The notes below the pieces were generated by a model, which saw nothing but the letters and a program-made list of their open reading frames with translations, was not told the origin of the DNA and searched no databases. Shown in pieces: positions 50,813 through 60,422 of a stretch of DNA of 64,000 bases (its first letter is position 1; every line of letters starts with the position of its first letter). Source of the DNA: Candidatus Cloacimonadales bacterium (GTDB lineage: Bacteria; Cloacimonadota; Cloacimonadia; Cloacimonadales; JAIOQZ01); contig OY762463.1 of the NCBI GenBank assembly GCA_963665815.1, positions 1,344,001 through 1,408,000 of the forward strand, in the 5' to 3' direction. A program made the translations under genes and the position numbers.

Positions 50813-51499
50813 ATGAAAAGACGAATACCTTTACTGATAACATTCTTTATTGGATTGATCATCATATTATCAAACTTTATCCCTCATAAGCCATTTGGTC
50901 AGATTCAATCCAGTCTGGAAACCTGGTTTATTATTATCTCTTCATTTGCAATTGTGCTGGGTAACCTGAACTTACTTAAAATGAACTTTTTGAAAATCAA
51001 ATATAAACAGACAAACTGGAAGTACTATATATTCACTGTTGCCAGCTTCTTCCTGATGATAATTCTCGGACTTGTCTGGGGAACTAAAAGTCAGGCTGGT
51101 ATGGCAGGACATGGTGAAGCGATCACGGCTGTACTTGGAGCGAAGCCTTTTGACTACCTTTTCAGCAATGTCTATGAACACCTGCAGGCAACTATGTTTT
51201 CGCTGCTGGCATTCTATATAGCATCAGCTGCCTACAGAGCTTTTGTGGGAAGATCTATAGAATCCAATCTTCTGCTCGGAGCGGCAATACTGGTGATGCT
51301 GGGAAATACAAGTATAGGAACATTCCTTACTGCTAAACTTCCTCCGTTTCTGCAGCTTTCACTGATAACAGAATTTATTATGAAGTACCTCAATACTGCC
51401 GGTCAACGTGCTATAATGATTTGTGCCGGGCTGGGTATTATCGGAAGTTCACTCCGTATTATCATCGGAATTGAACGTTCTTATCTGGGAGGTGAGTAA
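50813..51499 (+). CDS. Conserved membrane protein of the DUF6754 module
   Basis: About 6 TMs; ATMFSLLAFYIASAAYRAF, AGQRAI, LRIIIGIERSYLG. Confidence 0.75.
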   Translation: MKRRIPLLITFFIGLIIILSNFIPHKPFGQIQSSLETWFIIISSFAIVLGNLNLLKMNFLKIKYKQTNWKYYIFTVASFFLMIILGLVWGTKSQAGMAGHGEAITAVLGAKPFDYLFSNVYEHLQATMFSLLAFYIASAAYRAFVGRSIESNLLLGAAILVMLGNTSIGTFLTAKLPPFLQLSLITEFIMKYLNTAGQRAIMICAGLGIIGSSLRIIIGIERSYLGGE

Positions 51500-52320
51500 T
51501 GAATAAAGCACTTTTGACTCGCAGAATAATTTTCACACTGATGTTCCTCGGAGTTCTGCTTCCACTTATATTCAAAATCGGTCTCCCTGTTGTAACCACG
51601 GAAAACGTGAGAAACGTGCATAAACTGGTTGAGTCAGCTAAACCAGGAGATAGAGTTATCTTCTCATTTGACTTTGATCCTGCTTCCAAACCTGAACTCT
51701 ATCCCATGGTTAAATCCCTTATGAAGCACTGCTTCGACAAACAGATCAATATTGTTGCAGTTGCCTTATGGCCCATGGGTGTCCAAATGTGTGATGATGC
51801 TTATAAAGAACTCAAAGTAGATTATCCACAGATTGAGTATGGAAAAAACTTTGCCAATCTTGGATACAAAACAGGCGGTATTGTTACTCTCCAGAAAATG
51901 GGTAAAGACTTCAGAGACATTTTTCCTAAGGATCAGGAAGGGACATCAATTGATGAACTTGAAATAATGAATGGAGTAACAAACTTCAACGCCTTCAGTT
52001 TTGCTGTTTCCTTTTCTGCCGGTGTACCGGGGATAACAGACTGGGTTATGGTTGGTCATGATGAATACAAGCTCAGGGTTGCCGGATGTACAACCGCGGT
52101 AAATGCCCCTACAATCATGCCTTATATAAATGAACAGAATCAGCTGATCGGACTACTTGGTGGTCTTAAAGCTGCCGCAGAATATGAAAAGCTGATTGAT
52201 ACTCCTGGAAATGCAACTCAGGGAATGGATGCTCAATCGATTGCCCATCTCGTTATCATTGCATTCATTGTCATAAATAATATCAACTACTGGCGTAATA
52301 AGAAAAGGGAGGAAAAGTAA
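51499..52320 (+). CDS. Membrane-anchored protein of the DUF6754 module
   Basis: TM, DFDPASKPEL.P, YGKNFANLGYK.G, GLLGGLKAAAEYE, MDAQSIAH, C-terminal TM. Confidence 0.75.
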   Translation: MNKALLTRRIIFTLMFLGVLLPLIFKIGLPVVTTENVRNVHKLVESAKPGDRVIFSFDFDPASKPELYPMVKSLMKHCFDKQINIVAVALWPMGVQMCDDAYKELKVDYPQIEYGKNFANLGYKTGGIVTLQKMGKDFRDIFPKDQEGTSIDELEIMNGVTNFNAFSFAVSFSAGVPGITDWVMVGHDEYKLRVAGCTTAVNAPTIMPYINEQNQLIGLLGGLKAAAEYEKLIDTPGNATQGMDAQSIAHLVIIAFIVINNINYWRNKKREEK

Positions 52321-52321
52321 C

Positions 52322-52987
52322 ATGACAGGATTTTTTGACGCTCTCGGAATCTGGCTTGGATTCTTCGTTACAATAGCAATATTCAGTTTCCTCTACAAAG
52401 ATAATCCATTCTACAAAATCGCTGAACAGATTTTTGTCGGACTCTCGGCCGGTTACTGGTTTATATATACTTTCTTTAACGTTCTTAAACCAAACCTTAT
52501 AGATAAACTTTCATCTGATTTTACAGGGAATGCTATTCTACTCATCCCTGCATTCCTGGGACTGCTGATGCTCTTGAGACTGATACCCAAAATGGAATGG
52601 CTCAGTCGTTACCCAATTTCGCTGCTTATTGGTACAACTGCCAGTATCGGAATGCTCAGATACTTAAAATCCAACGTTATTAATCAGATGACAGCTACAA
52701 TGATCAATCCTTTTGCAAGTGGATCGGCTGTTGAAATAATCGGTTCAATCCTTCTTATTGTGGGGACACTGACCGGCATTGTTTATTTCTACTTCAGCTC
52801 AAAGCATGAAGGAATAATGGGAGTGACGGCTAAAACAGGTATTTACTTCCTGATGATCAGTTTTGGTGCAGCTTTCGGATATACAGCAATGGCACGTATT
52901 TCCCTCCTGATCGGAAGAGTCCAGTTCCTTAAAAACGACTGGTTTGAAAGCTTCTGGATGATTATTCAAAAGATATTCGGAGTATAA
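52322..52987 (+). CDS. Conserved membrane protein of the DUF6754 module
   Basis: TIAIFSFLYKDNPFYKIAEQIFVG.SAGY; LMISFGAAFGYTAMARISLLIGR.QFL. Confidence 0.75.
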   Translation: MTGFFDALGIWLGFFVTIAIFSFLYKDNPFYKIAEQIFVGLSAGYWFIYTFFNVLKPNLIDKLSSDFTGNAILLIPAFLGLLMLLRLIPKMEWLSRYPISLLIGTTASIGMLRYLKSNVINQMTATMINPFASGSAVEIIGSILLIVGTLTGIVYFYFSSKHEGIMGVTAKTGIYFLMISFGAAFGYTAMARISLLIGRVQFLKNDWFESFWMIIQKIFGV

Positions 52988-53740
52988 ATGAAAGTTTTTT
53001 GTGTTGCCGGTTATCATCATACCGGAAAAACGTCTATGACTGTAGCTCTGTTACGTGAGCTGAGAAAAAGAGGATTCTCCGTAAGTTCAATCAAGGATAT
53101 TCATAACGAACAGTTTACAATGGAGAAACCTGGGTCAAACTCCTGGAGACACTGGGAAGCAAGTCAGTCCACAGTTATTGCCAGAGGTTTAACTGAGACA
53201 TACCAGATATGGCATGAACAGCTTAATCTGATACAGATGCTGAGTCATCTCGACTCTGAATACGTGATTGTTGAAGGAATGAAGTCAGCAGCCCTCCCAA
53301 AAGTAATCTGCGCAGAATCTGAAGAACAGCTGGAAGAACTCGTTGACGGCAGAACTATTGCCATTGCCGGTAAATATTCTGATAATCACGATTCATATAA
53401 ACATCTGATGTGTTATAATCATGCAAAAGATGCTGCAGCTCTTGCTGATCTTGTGATTGAAAAAGTTTTTGAAGTGCTTCCTCAAGCTGAACCGGAATGC
53501 TGCTCAAACTGCGGGTTAAACTGTCATGAAATGGTTTCAGCTATTCTGAGTGGCGAGAAAACCAGAGATGATTGTAAAACTGATAGAAACGAAGATATAG
53601 AAGTTCTTATTAACGGAAAAAAGCTTAACATTGTTCCTTACGTACAGAACACGTTTAAAGATGTAGTTGTTGCTTTTTTACTTAATCTCAAAGGGGTTAC
53701 CAAAGACTCCGATATTGAAATAAAAATCAGGCAGAAATAA
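52988..53740 (+). CDS. mobB: Molybdopterin-guanine dinucleotide biosynthesis protein B with C-terminal Fe-S domain
   Basis: Walker A GYHHTGKT, V.SIKDIH, VIVEGMK, CCSNCGLNC...C cluster. Confidence 0.8.
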   Translation: MKVFCVAGYHHTGKTSMTVALLRELRKRGFSVSSIKDIHNEQFTMEKPGSNSWRHWEASQSTVIARGLTETYQIWHEQLNLIQMLSHLDSEYVIVEGMKSAALPKVICAESEEQLEELVDGRTIAIAGKYSDNHDSYKHLMCYNHAKDAAALADLVIEKVFEVLPQAEPECCSNCGLNCHEMVSAILSGEKTRDDCKTDRNEDIEVLINGKKLNIVPYVQNTFKDVVVAFLLNLKGVTKDSDIEIKIRQK

Positions 53741-53742
53741 TA

Positions 53743-54339
53743 TTGAAATCAGAATTATACTTTGACTATGAAAATCTTATAGTTGTTAAAACAGTAAACA
53801 CAAAAGAAGAATATAATAAGGAAATGCTTGTTTACGGCAGGCATTTCTCTTTTGTCCCGGAAATTATAAATCGTGATGATGAACTTTCTTTTTCCATGGA
53901 AATGATTCAAGGGCATAACATTAGCGAAGGTTCAGACTTTCATGTGATCGGTGAACACTTTTCTCAATTGCACTCTGTAAAATCCGGTGATTTATCTCTG
54001 TGTCATCAGGACACAAATCCCAAGAACTACATGTATTCACTTGGGGAATACTATTTCATAGATTTTGCTGAGTCTGACTTTAATTACCCGGAGTATGATC
54101 TTATTCATTTTCTGTTGTTTTGGGCTGAAATCGCCGAAGCTGAAGCATTTAAGACCATTATAAACAACTTTATAAAAGGTTATAAAAGAAAAGGTAAGAT
54201 TTGTAAGAATAAGTGGACTGAATTGTTTCCGCAAATCGTACAGATGTTTGATGATCGCAGACTGAAATATGAAAAACCAAATATCATCTCTGAAAACACT
54301 CAGATCAACAGAAAACGAATTGAAATGTACAAGGTGTAA
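53743..54339 (+). CDS. APH/choline-kinase-like phosphotransferase
   Basis: F.QLH, LCHQDTNPKNY (HxDxxxxN), FIDF, PEYDL; TTG start. Confidence 0.7.
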   Translation: MKSELYFDYENLIVVKTVNTKEEYNKEMLVYGRHFSFVPEIINRDDELSFSMEMIQGHNISEGSDFHVIGEHFSQLHSVKSGDLSLCHQDTNPKNYMYSLGEYYFIDFAESDFNYPEYDLIHFLLFWAEIAEAEAFKTIINNFIKGYKRKGKICKNKWTELFPQIVQMFDDRRLKYEKPNIISENTQINRKRIEMYKV

Positions 54340-54340
54340 T

Positions 54341-56500
54341 CTACTTCAGTAAAATCATCTTCCCTGTTCTGTTCAGTTTATCAGTTTTGATTTTATAGAA
54401 ATATACTCCGGCAGCAACTTCTTTCCCGAAGTGATCATTACCGTTCCACTTAACGAGATGTTTTCCCTGACTGAACTCATCCCTGCAAAGAGTTTTTACT
54501 TTCTGACCGATAACATTGTATATGGTCAATTCCACGTTTTGCCTTTCTGAAAGCGAAAAACTGATTGATGTTTCAGGATTAAACGGATTTGGAAAATTCC
54601 CCAGTAACTCATCCTTGAACACACTTACATCATCGCTTTCCATAACCTGCTCAATAGTTATATAGACAGGTTCACTCAATCCTGAAGAATAGACACTTTG
54701 AATAGATATATTGTAGGAAGATTGACTGTTATCAATAATGTTTCCCAAAAACAGGGATGTTGAATCTATATCTGATCTGTATTGTCCGTTATTTATTTCT
54801 ACCCTGAATCCTACAAAGCTTCTGGATTCATCAGCAGGATGCTCCCAACTGAGCATCATTGAGCTTGAATCAAATTCCGGATTCTGAGGAGTAATCCTTA
54901 TCTCATTCAATGTAATATTGTAAGAATATTCGTCGTAAAAATCAACATTGACAGAATCAATAGTGTAATCATTGAATCCCTGCTTACTTACTACAATATT
55001 GTATATATCATTTTCAATACTGTCAATTGCAGTATACCCGTTTTGACAAAAGTATGCATAATTATGAATGAGACCATTCAAGATAATCATATAATTAGTA
55101 TTTTCACCAGCATCATCATCTATATCAAATACTATTTCACCATATTTAACAAGCTGACAGTTGAGTTCAGTATTATTATCTGAAACAGTCTGTACCGCAT
55201 AAAATATCGAGTCAATACAACCTTCTTTGGAAAATAATACATCATAAGTTCCATCATTAAGATTTGATATTGTGTACTGACCATTGGAATCAGTTTTCTC
55301 TGTCTGATTCCCTGCGGTTACATTCACGCCTCTTATTGGTTCACCATAAACCGTTTGAACCGTACCGGCAATCAATCCTCCATCTTCAAGAACAAAGTTC
55401 TTCACAACAAGTTTTTCAGAACTGTAAACATTGGCATATGATGATTCAGCATTATGCATGAATTTTCGAGTTGAAATTGCATACATCCCAACTGGTACAT
55501 AAGGTAGATAATACATACCATGAGCATCAGCATAAGCTGTTTGACCTGTTTCTACAATTGTGATTATTGACTCGTCCAGAGGATTTCCATTGCCATCAAA
55601 GATATAGCCGTATATCCCGGATGATTCAGCGGCAATGCTGACATTGAGTGGTGCAGTTACATTATTTGTATTATCCATATCATTTGCCATAACAATCTTA
55701 CCATACAAATTATGGAAACCGACAAAAGAAGAATCCGGATTTACAAGAAAAACATAATCTTTTATTTCCTGATTTGCTATATTGTAGCCACTCATAGAGG
55801 CAATCTGAGTATCATCTAAAAATAATTTAACCTGATATTGCCCTTCAATTTGAAGTCCCCTGTTTTCCACAGTTAAATGATAGCGTGCATCAAGCCCAGC
55901 CATAGCATTAGCCGGTCCCAGAACAGAAATAGCCATTAAATCATGATCAAGTACAAGATAAGAAGATATACCCACATCATCCAGAAAAAGATCAGGTCCA
56001 AAACCAGTTGAGGCATGAAACCGAATTTTAACAACACTATTAGTAAAGCCGGTTAGGTCAATAGTTTCCTGAATAAATGAACCGGGGGAATTTGATGTAG
56101 CTCCATCATTAGAATCCAATTGTTCTGCAGACTTACTCCAAACAGGCTGCCAGCTTGTTCCATCTGTAGATACATGTACTTCGAGAGCATCCCCGGAATA
56201 TGCTGATGAATAATTATGAGACCATCTGAAAACAAGATAGGAATTGTAACTTAACTGAACAGCAGGAGATACGAGATCCGAACTTCCCATACTCTGTGAC
56301 CAAAACGGCGCTATCGCACATCCGTGAGTAGAATCATGAGACCAGTCCCAGTCTCCATTTACCTGCCAACCGGAAGGTAACCAGCTGTCAAATGATTCCA
56401 CCCAGGGTAATACGCTGATAGTATCACTCTGAGAAAACAAAGATAAGCTCAACATCAGCAGAACTATAACTATAAAAACACTTTTATTCAGTGTTCTCAT
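54341..56500 (-). CDS. Secreted multidomain protein (jelly-roll/MAM-like, CARDB, carboxypeptidase-regulatory-like repeats, FlgD-Ig/T9SS-like C-terminal domain)
   Basis: Signal peptide; PWVESFD..LPSGW, LVSP, ..IRF..LFLDDV; DL.A.S..GP; GTV...GEPI.GV.V; GNFPNPFNPET. Confidence 0.8.
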   Translation of the reverse strand: MRTLNKSVFIVIVLLMLSLSLFSQSDTISVLPWVESFDSWLPSGWQVNGDWDWSHDSTHGCAIAPFWSQSMGSSDLVSPAVQLSYNSYLVFRWSHNYSSAYSGDALEVHVSTDGTSWQPVWSKSAEQLDSNDGATSNSPGSFIQETIDLTGFTNSVVKIRFHASTGFGPDLFLDDVGISSYLVLDHDLMAISVLGPANAMAGLDARYHLTVENRGLQIEGQYQVKLFLDDTQIASMSGYNIANQEIKDYVFLVNPDSSFVGFHNLYGKIVMANDMDNTNNVTAPLNVSIAAESSGIYGYIFDGNGNPLDESIITIVETGQTAYADAHGMYYLPYVPVGMYAISTRKFMHNAESSYANVYSSEKLVVKNFVLEDGGLIAGTVQTVYGEPIRGVNVTAGNQTEKTDSNGQYTISNLNDGTYDVLFSKEGCIDSIFYAVQTVSDNNTELNCQLVKYGEIVFDIDDDAGENTNYMIILNGLIHNYAYFCQNGYTAIDSIENDIYNIVVSKQGFNDYTIDSVNVDFYDEYSYNITLNEIRITPQNPEFDSSSMMLSWEHPADESRSFVGFRVEINNGQYRSDIDSTSLFLGNIIDNSQSSYNISIQSVYSSGLSEPVYITIEQVMESDDVSVFKDELLGNFPNPFNPETSISFSLSERQNVELTIYNVIGQKVKTLCRDEFSQGKHLVKWNGNDHFGKEVAAGVYFYKIKTDKLNRTGKMILLK

Positions 56501-56754
56501 ATCTCCTCCGTCGCATGCTGGCCAGTTTTTTTATAAAGTAATCGCAAGCATATAATATGCAATTAGTGTTCCAAAGAATAATTTTATTTCAAAAATGTGT
56601 CATTTCTGCTCATAATTTGTAATTAATTACTGATTTTCACATGAATTATGCCAGTCTTGAGAATCTTTAATTTAATCAACGCCTTTACAAGCTGTATATG
56701 AGAGTGTAAACAACGTATCTTTTTATTGAAAACTGTAAACTTGTTTAACTATAC

Positions 56755-56783
56755 AAAAAAGCCCTCCGGTCAATCCGGAAGGC
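56755..56783 (-). terminator. Intrinsic terminator of the DUF2089 operon
   Basis: Minus strand GCCTTCCGG-ATTGA-CCGGAGGGC-TTTTTT. Confidence 0.75.
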
Positions 56784-56809
56784 CTGGAACCCTGATCAGA
56801 TCCCCTAAT

Positions 56810-57184
56810 TTATTGAGAAGGAAAAATGTTTACTATAATCTTTGAGTTGTTTTTAGATGCTACTTCTATTTCTATTCCGTCCTCCAGATCATCACTAATG
56901 AACAGATCCATAATCTCTTTCCATTTGATATAACTAAGATCAAACGAAATATTACCAATCTCTATGTCAGACAAATTGCGAGGGAAAAAGAATGAGCCTG
57001 TCCTTATTACTTCATAAGGTATACTCATCTTGATAATCTGCTTATAATCCTCTTTTGTACTCCTTGAAACGATAATATTCAATTTCTTCCTCACGAAGTT
57101 TTTCTGACCAAGCAGTTTACTTGCTTCTTCCGGAGATATCTTTTTCTCCGACAGCATTTGCAGTATTTTTCTCTGGAAACTCAT
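56810..57184 (-). CDS. SHOCT-like (YvlB/LiaX N-terminal-like) domain protein
   Basis: KILQMLSEKKISPEEASKLL. Confidence 0.65.
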   Translation of the reverse strand: MSFQRKILQMLSEKKISPEEASKLLGQKNFVRKKLNIIVSRSTKEDYKQIIKMSIPYEVIRTGSFFFPRNLSDIEIGNISFDLSYIKWKEIMDLFISDDLEDGIEIEVASKNNSKIIVNIFPSQ

Positions 57185-57191
57185 AACACCT

Positions 57192-58808
57192 CTAAACTGA
57201 TTTTAAGAGTCTGTCTGCTTCATCGACAGAAATCTTGCCATCTTCAAGTAATCTTAAAATCTGCATCTTTACAGAACTTGTGTTTTTTCTACTTTTATCC
57301 TGGTACTCAGTGAATGCTTCATCTGGTTCTTTTATCGATCCAAATCCTCTTTCGTGAGTCCTGTTCAGCATTTCTTTCTTGCGAACAATTCTTTTAACAT
57401 CATGAAGTTTATCTCTCAGCATATCTTTCTTTTTATCTAATTTTATTCTGAGAGCATCAAGTGTATCCTCAGGAATATCCAGATTCCTTAATTCCACCCT
57501 GACCACTTTCTCAGCTTCCTTTATTTCCTCTATAGCTTCACGAATATCAGCTTCTGCTTCTGCAATATCTTCTTTTGCATCCTGAATAGCTTCACGTGCT
57601 TCTTCCCTTGCATCCAGCAGCTCGTCGTCAATTTCGTGTTCAATATCTACAATAATATCGTGAACTTCCTCATCATCTGCATCATCGCAGAATTCATCTA
57701 CACTATCCCCGATCTTCTTTTTCATTTTACGGACAACTTTCTTAATTTTCTTTTCAATCTTGCCCATTTTCTCATCCGGAATATGAAAGTTTTCAATATC
57801 AATATTAAATCTGCTTTTAAGTTTGTTTACTTCATTTACAGCCGTATTGACTGTTTTATTCACGAAATCGGAAATGCCATCCAGATTTATATCAAGATCA
57901 ATATCTTCAAATTTGATCTTAGTTCTTGAATCCTTATCGGTATTGAGATCATCTGTCAGTAGTATACTGCCATTCATATTTTCAACGTTAATATTAAGAT
58001 TTTCTGCTGCTTCACTTCCTGATCTTATACACTCGAGTTTGGATTTACCAACTTTCTTCTCAATTGTACAGTGATCCGGAAGCTTATTCTTGATCCCTCC
58101 ATGCTTGTTTACCGCTGTAAGCTTAAATGTCTGTTCCTCGGGTATTGCAACGTGGATACGCCCATTTTGGTTCGCACAATTTACTTTACCGGAACACTCT
58201 TCCGTTATAACAACAGTAATTCTTCCGTTTTTGTTTGATATATCTGCATCGCTAAAAACAGTGTCGCTGATATTGATAGATCCGTTCATTGACTTTGAAT
58301 TTATTGATGAAACCGAATTTTCAATCTTTGTTCCTCCATTCAGAACCTCGGTAGTAATATTCCCATTCACTTTGTTCAATGTAATAGAACCATTCAAAGT
58401 ATTAGCTTTAACATTACCGAACACAGTTTCTGCGAACACACTGCCGTTTGAAGTATTGACAGCTACTTCTGCTGTCAGATCAGTAACTCTTATGCTTCCG
58501 TTTGACGTGTTAACATCAAGTTTTGTTCCGTGCGGAACTGATGCCTCAACTCTCCCCTTATATTTTCTGAGTTTCAATCCCGGAGCCGGTATTTTTAAAG
58601 ACAGTTCGTTTGCTTCTTCAGAATATTCTGATTCAATTAATCTGTCAGCAGTAAAGTTGTTTTCTTCATTAATTTCAAGATAAACATTAATTTCACAAAT
58701 ATCAGAATCTGACTGCGTAACTTCTGTCTTCAAATTACTACAGGTCAAAACTACTGAAGGTTTCTCCTTCAAATCAAATTTCTGACTAATTTCAATATTA
58801 TTCATCAT
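57192..58808 (-). CDS. DUF4097 beta-strand repeat protein with coiled coil and C-terminal SHOCT-like motif
   Basis: Repeated (T/S)xNG(S/R)I units, heptad AREEAREAIQDAKEDI.., ILRLLEDGKISVDEADRLL. Confidence 0.8.
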   Translation of the reverse strand: MMNNIEISQKFDLKEKPSVVLTCSNLKTEVTQSDSDICEINVYLEINEENNFTADRLIESEYSEEANELSLKIPAPGLKLRKYKGRVEASVPHGTKLDVNTSNGSIRVTDLTAEVAVNTSNGSVFAETVFGNVKANTLNGSITLNKVNGNITTEVLNGGTKIENSVSSINSKSMNGSINISDTVFSDADISNKNGRITVVITEECSGKVNCANQNGRIHVAIPEEQTFKLTAVNKHGGIKNKLPDHCTIEKKVGKSKLECIRSGSEAAENLNINVENMNGSILLTDDLNTDKDSRTKIKFEDIDLDINLDGISDFVNKTVNTAVNEVNKLKSRFNIDIENFHIPDEKMGKIEKKIKKVVRKMKKKIGDSVDEFCDDADDEEVHDIIVDIEHEIDDELLDAREEAREAIQDAKEDIAEAEADIREAIEEIKEAEKVVRVELRNLDIPEDTLDALRIKLDKKKDMLRDKLHDVKRIVRKKEMLNRTHERGFGSIKEPDEAFTEYQDKSRKNTSSVKMQILRLLEDGKISVDEADRLLKSV

Positions 58809-58821
58809 TCCTCCCTGACTT

Positions 58822-59037
58822 TTACACTTCTATGCCTGATGCCGTTACTGTAATATCAATATTATCCGAATCAACATTCATGTCGTTATTCGGAACATCA
58901 CCTTTTACTTCGATATTCAGCTTAATATTATCGCCCGACACAGATTGTGTCACTTCAGCAGCAATATTATTGATCCCTGAGCTGCCACCCTGACTAACCT
59001 CCACATTGTATTCATGATTCATTTCAACCTTTTTCAT
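58822..59037 (-). CDS. Small hypothetical protein in the DUF2089 operon
   Basis: AGGAG SD; fills the gap between co-oriented genes. Confidence 0.55.
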   Translation of the reverse strand: MKKVEMNHEYNVEVSQGGSSGINNIAAEVTQSVSGDNIKLNIEVKGDVPNNDMNVDSDNIDITVTASGIEV

Positions 59038-59046
59038 CTTATTCTC

Positions 59047-59397
59047 CTATAGCTTTTTAAGTTGTTCAAGTGCCTGTTCTACAGACAGGTCACCAAATTC
59101 CAGCTTTTTCAGAATATCCTGCCTGTCTTTTTCTTCAGAATCAACACACAGACACCTCTGAATCTCAGCCAGTTTGTTTTTTACTGTCGGATAGGAAATA
59201 TTCATTTTCTTTTCAACCTCTTTGATGTTTCCTCCGGCACACATGAAAATTTTAACGAATTCCTGTTGGGCAAGGGTCAAGCTGCTTAAAGCTCCAAGCC
59301 CAAAAGTTCCCCTTATCGTAATATCACACTGAGAACACTGATACTCCCTGATTACAAGTTCCTCATTACAGACAGGACATGAGTTAAGACTGTTCAT
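59047..59397 (-). CDS. DUF2089 family Zn-ribbon/HTH protein
   Basis: CPVC..L....C..C.I.I.G.F, F....GNIKEVEK...ISYPTVK.KL, SHOCT-like tail; start at ATG 59397 (AGGAG SD). Confidence 0.88.
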   Translation of the reverse strand: MNSLNSCPVCNEELVIREYQCSQCDITIRGTFGLGALSSLTLAQQEFVKIFMCAGGNIKEVEKKMNISYPTVKNKLAEIQRCLCVDSEEKDRQDILKKLEFGDLSVEQALEQLKKL

Positions 59398-59657
59398 CGC
59401 TACTCCTTTGTTATTTGATCGAGAATCTACATCCTGAATTAATTTTGTCAATTCTTTTATTAATATATTTAATTTTCACATTAATTATATTAATTTAATC
59501 CAATCTTAACTGATTTGAAATATAAAAAACATTGACGACATAAACCTTAAACCGATATTAATACTTTGAAGTTTGATTAAGATCTTCCTGAAACATATTT
59601 ATAACAGATATATTGATTGATCCAATAATCACAAAATAGTCTGCTTAAGGAGAAGCC

Positions 59658-60422
59658 ATGAGTATTCTTAGTAAACCCGAAATATACGATTGGGAGTGCA
59701 GCTTTTTATACCCCCACCTGCTCAAAGATGTTAATTTCTGGATAAACACTCTGAAAAACGAAACTCATCCAATACTGGAAGCCGGAGCAGGCACTGGGAG
59801 AATATCAATTCCACTGGCTGAACAGGGACACAGCATTACAGCCCTTGATATATCAATCGAAATGTTGGAACTTCTCATGACCAAAACAGACAATAAAAAC
59901 GTGGAGATACAACAGGCTGACTTATGCAGATTCGACCTCAATCGCAGATTCGGTTCTGTAATTTTCCCATATACTATCTTCCAGTTGCTTCCTGACTCAG
60001 ATTCAAGAATCTCCTGCCTGAACACACTGAACAATAATCTTGTACCTGAGGGTAAACTTTTTTTTGATTTGGATTTAACTATTCTGGCAAACAAGAACTC
60101 AGAAGATTTCGAGCATCAATATACAGAACAGTACGATAATAATGGAGCAGTTGTCTCACTTTATTCCAAGACAGAAATTGATTTTTCAGATATGTCATGC
60201 ACATGGAACGATGTTTACAGGATATTCCATAATGGTAAGAAGGAAATACTCAGAAACAAAACTACCTTATATGCCCTGTCTCTTGACTACATGGATATGT
60301 TATTTAAGAAATGCGGATTTGTTATATATGATATTAAAGGTGGATACAATCAGGAATCACTGACCCAAGACTCGGAAAGAATGGTAATCTTCGCAGAAAA
60401 AGTATCAGAAGCCTCCGAATAA
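59658..60422 (+). CDS. Class I SAM-dependent methyltransferase
   Basis: ILEAGAGTGRI, LDISIEML, ADLCRFDL..RF, L.PEG.LFFD. Confidence 0.88.
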   Translation: MSILSKPEIYDWECSFLYPHLLKDVNFWINTLKNETHPILEAGAGTGRISIPLAEQGHSITALDISIEMLELLMTKTDNKNVEIQQADLCRFDLNRRFGSVIFPYTIFQLLPDSDSRISCLNTLNNNLVPEGKLFFDLDLTILANKNSEDFEHQYTEQYDNNGAVVSLYSKTEIDFSDMSCTWNDVYRIFHNGKKEILRNKTTLYALSLDYMDMLFKKCGFVIYDIKGGYNQESLTQDSERMVIFAEKVSEASE

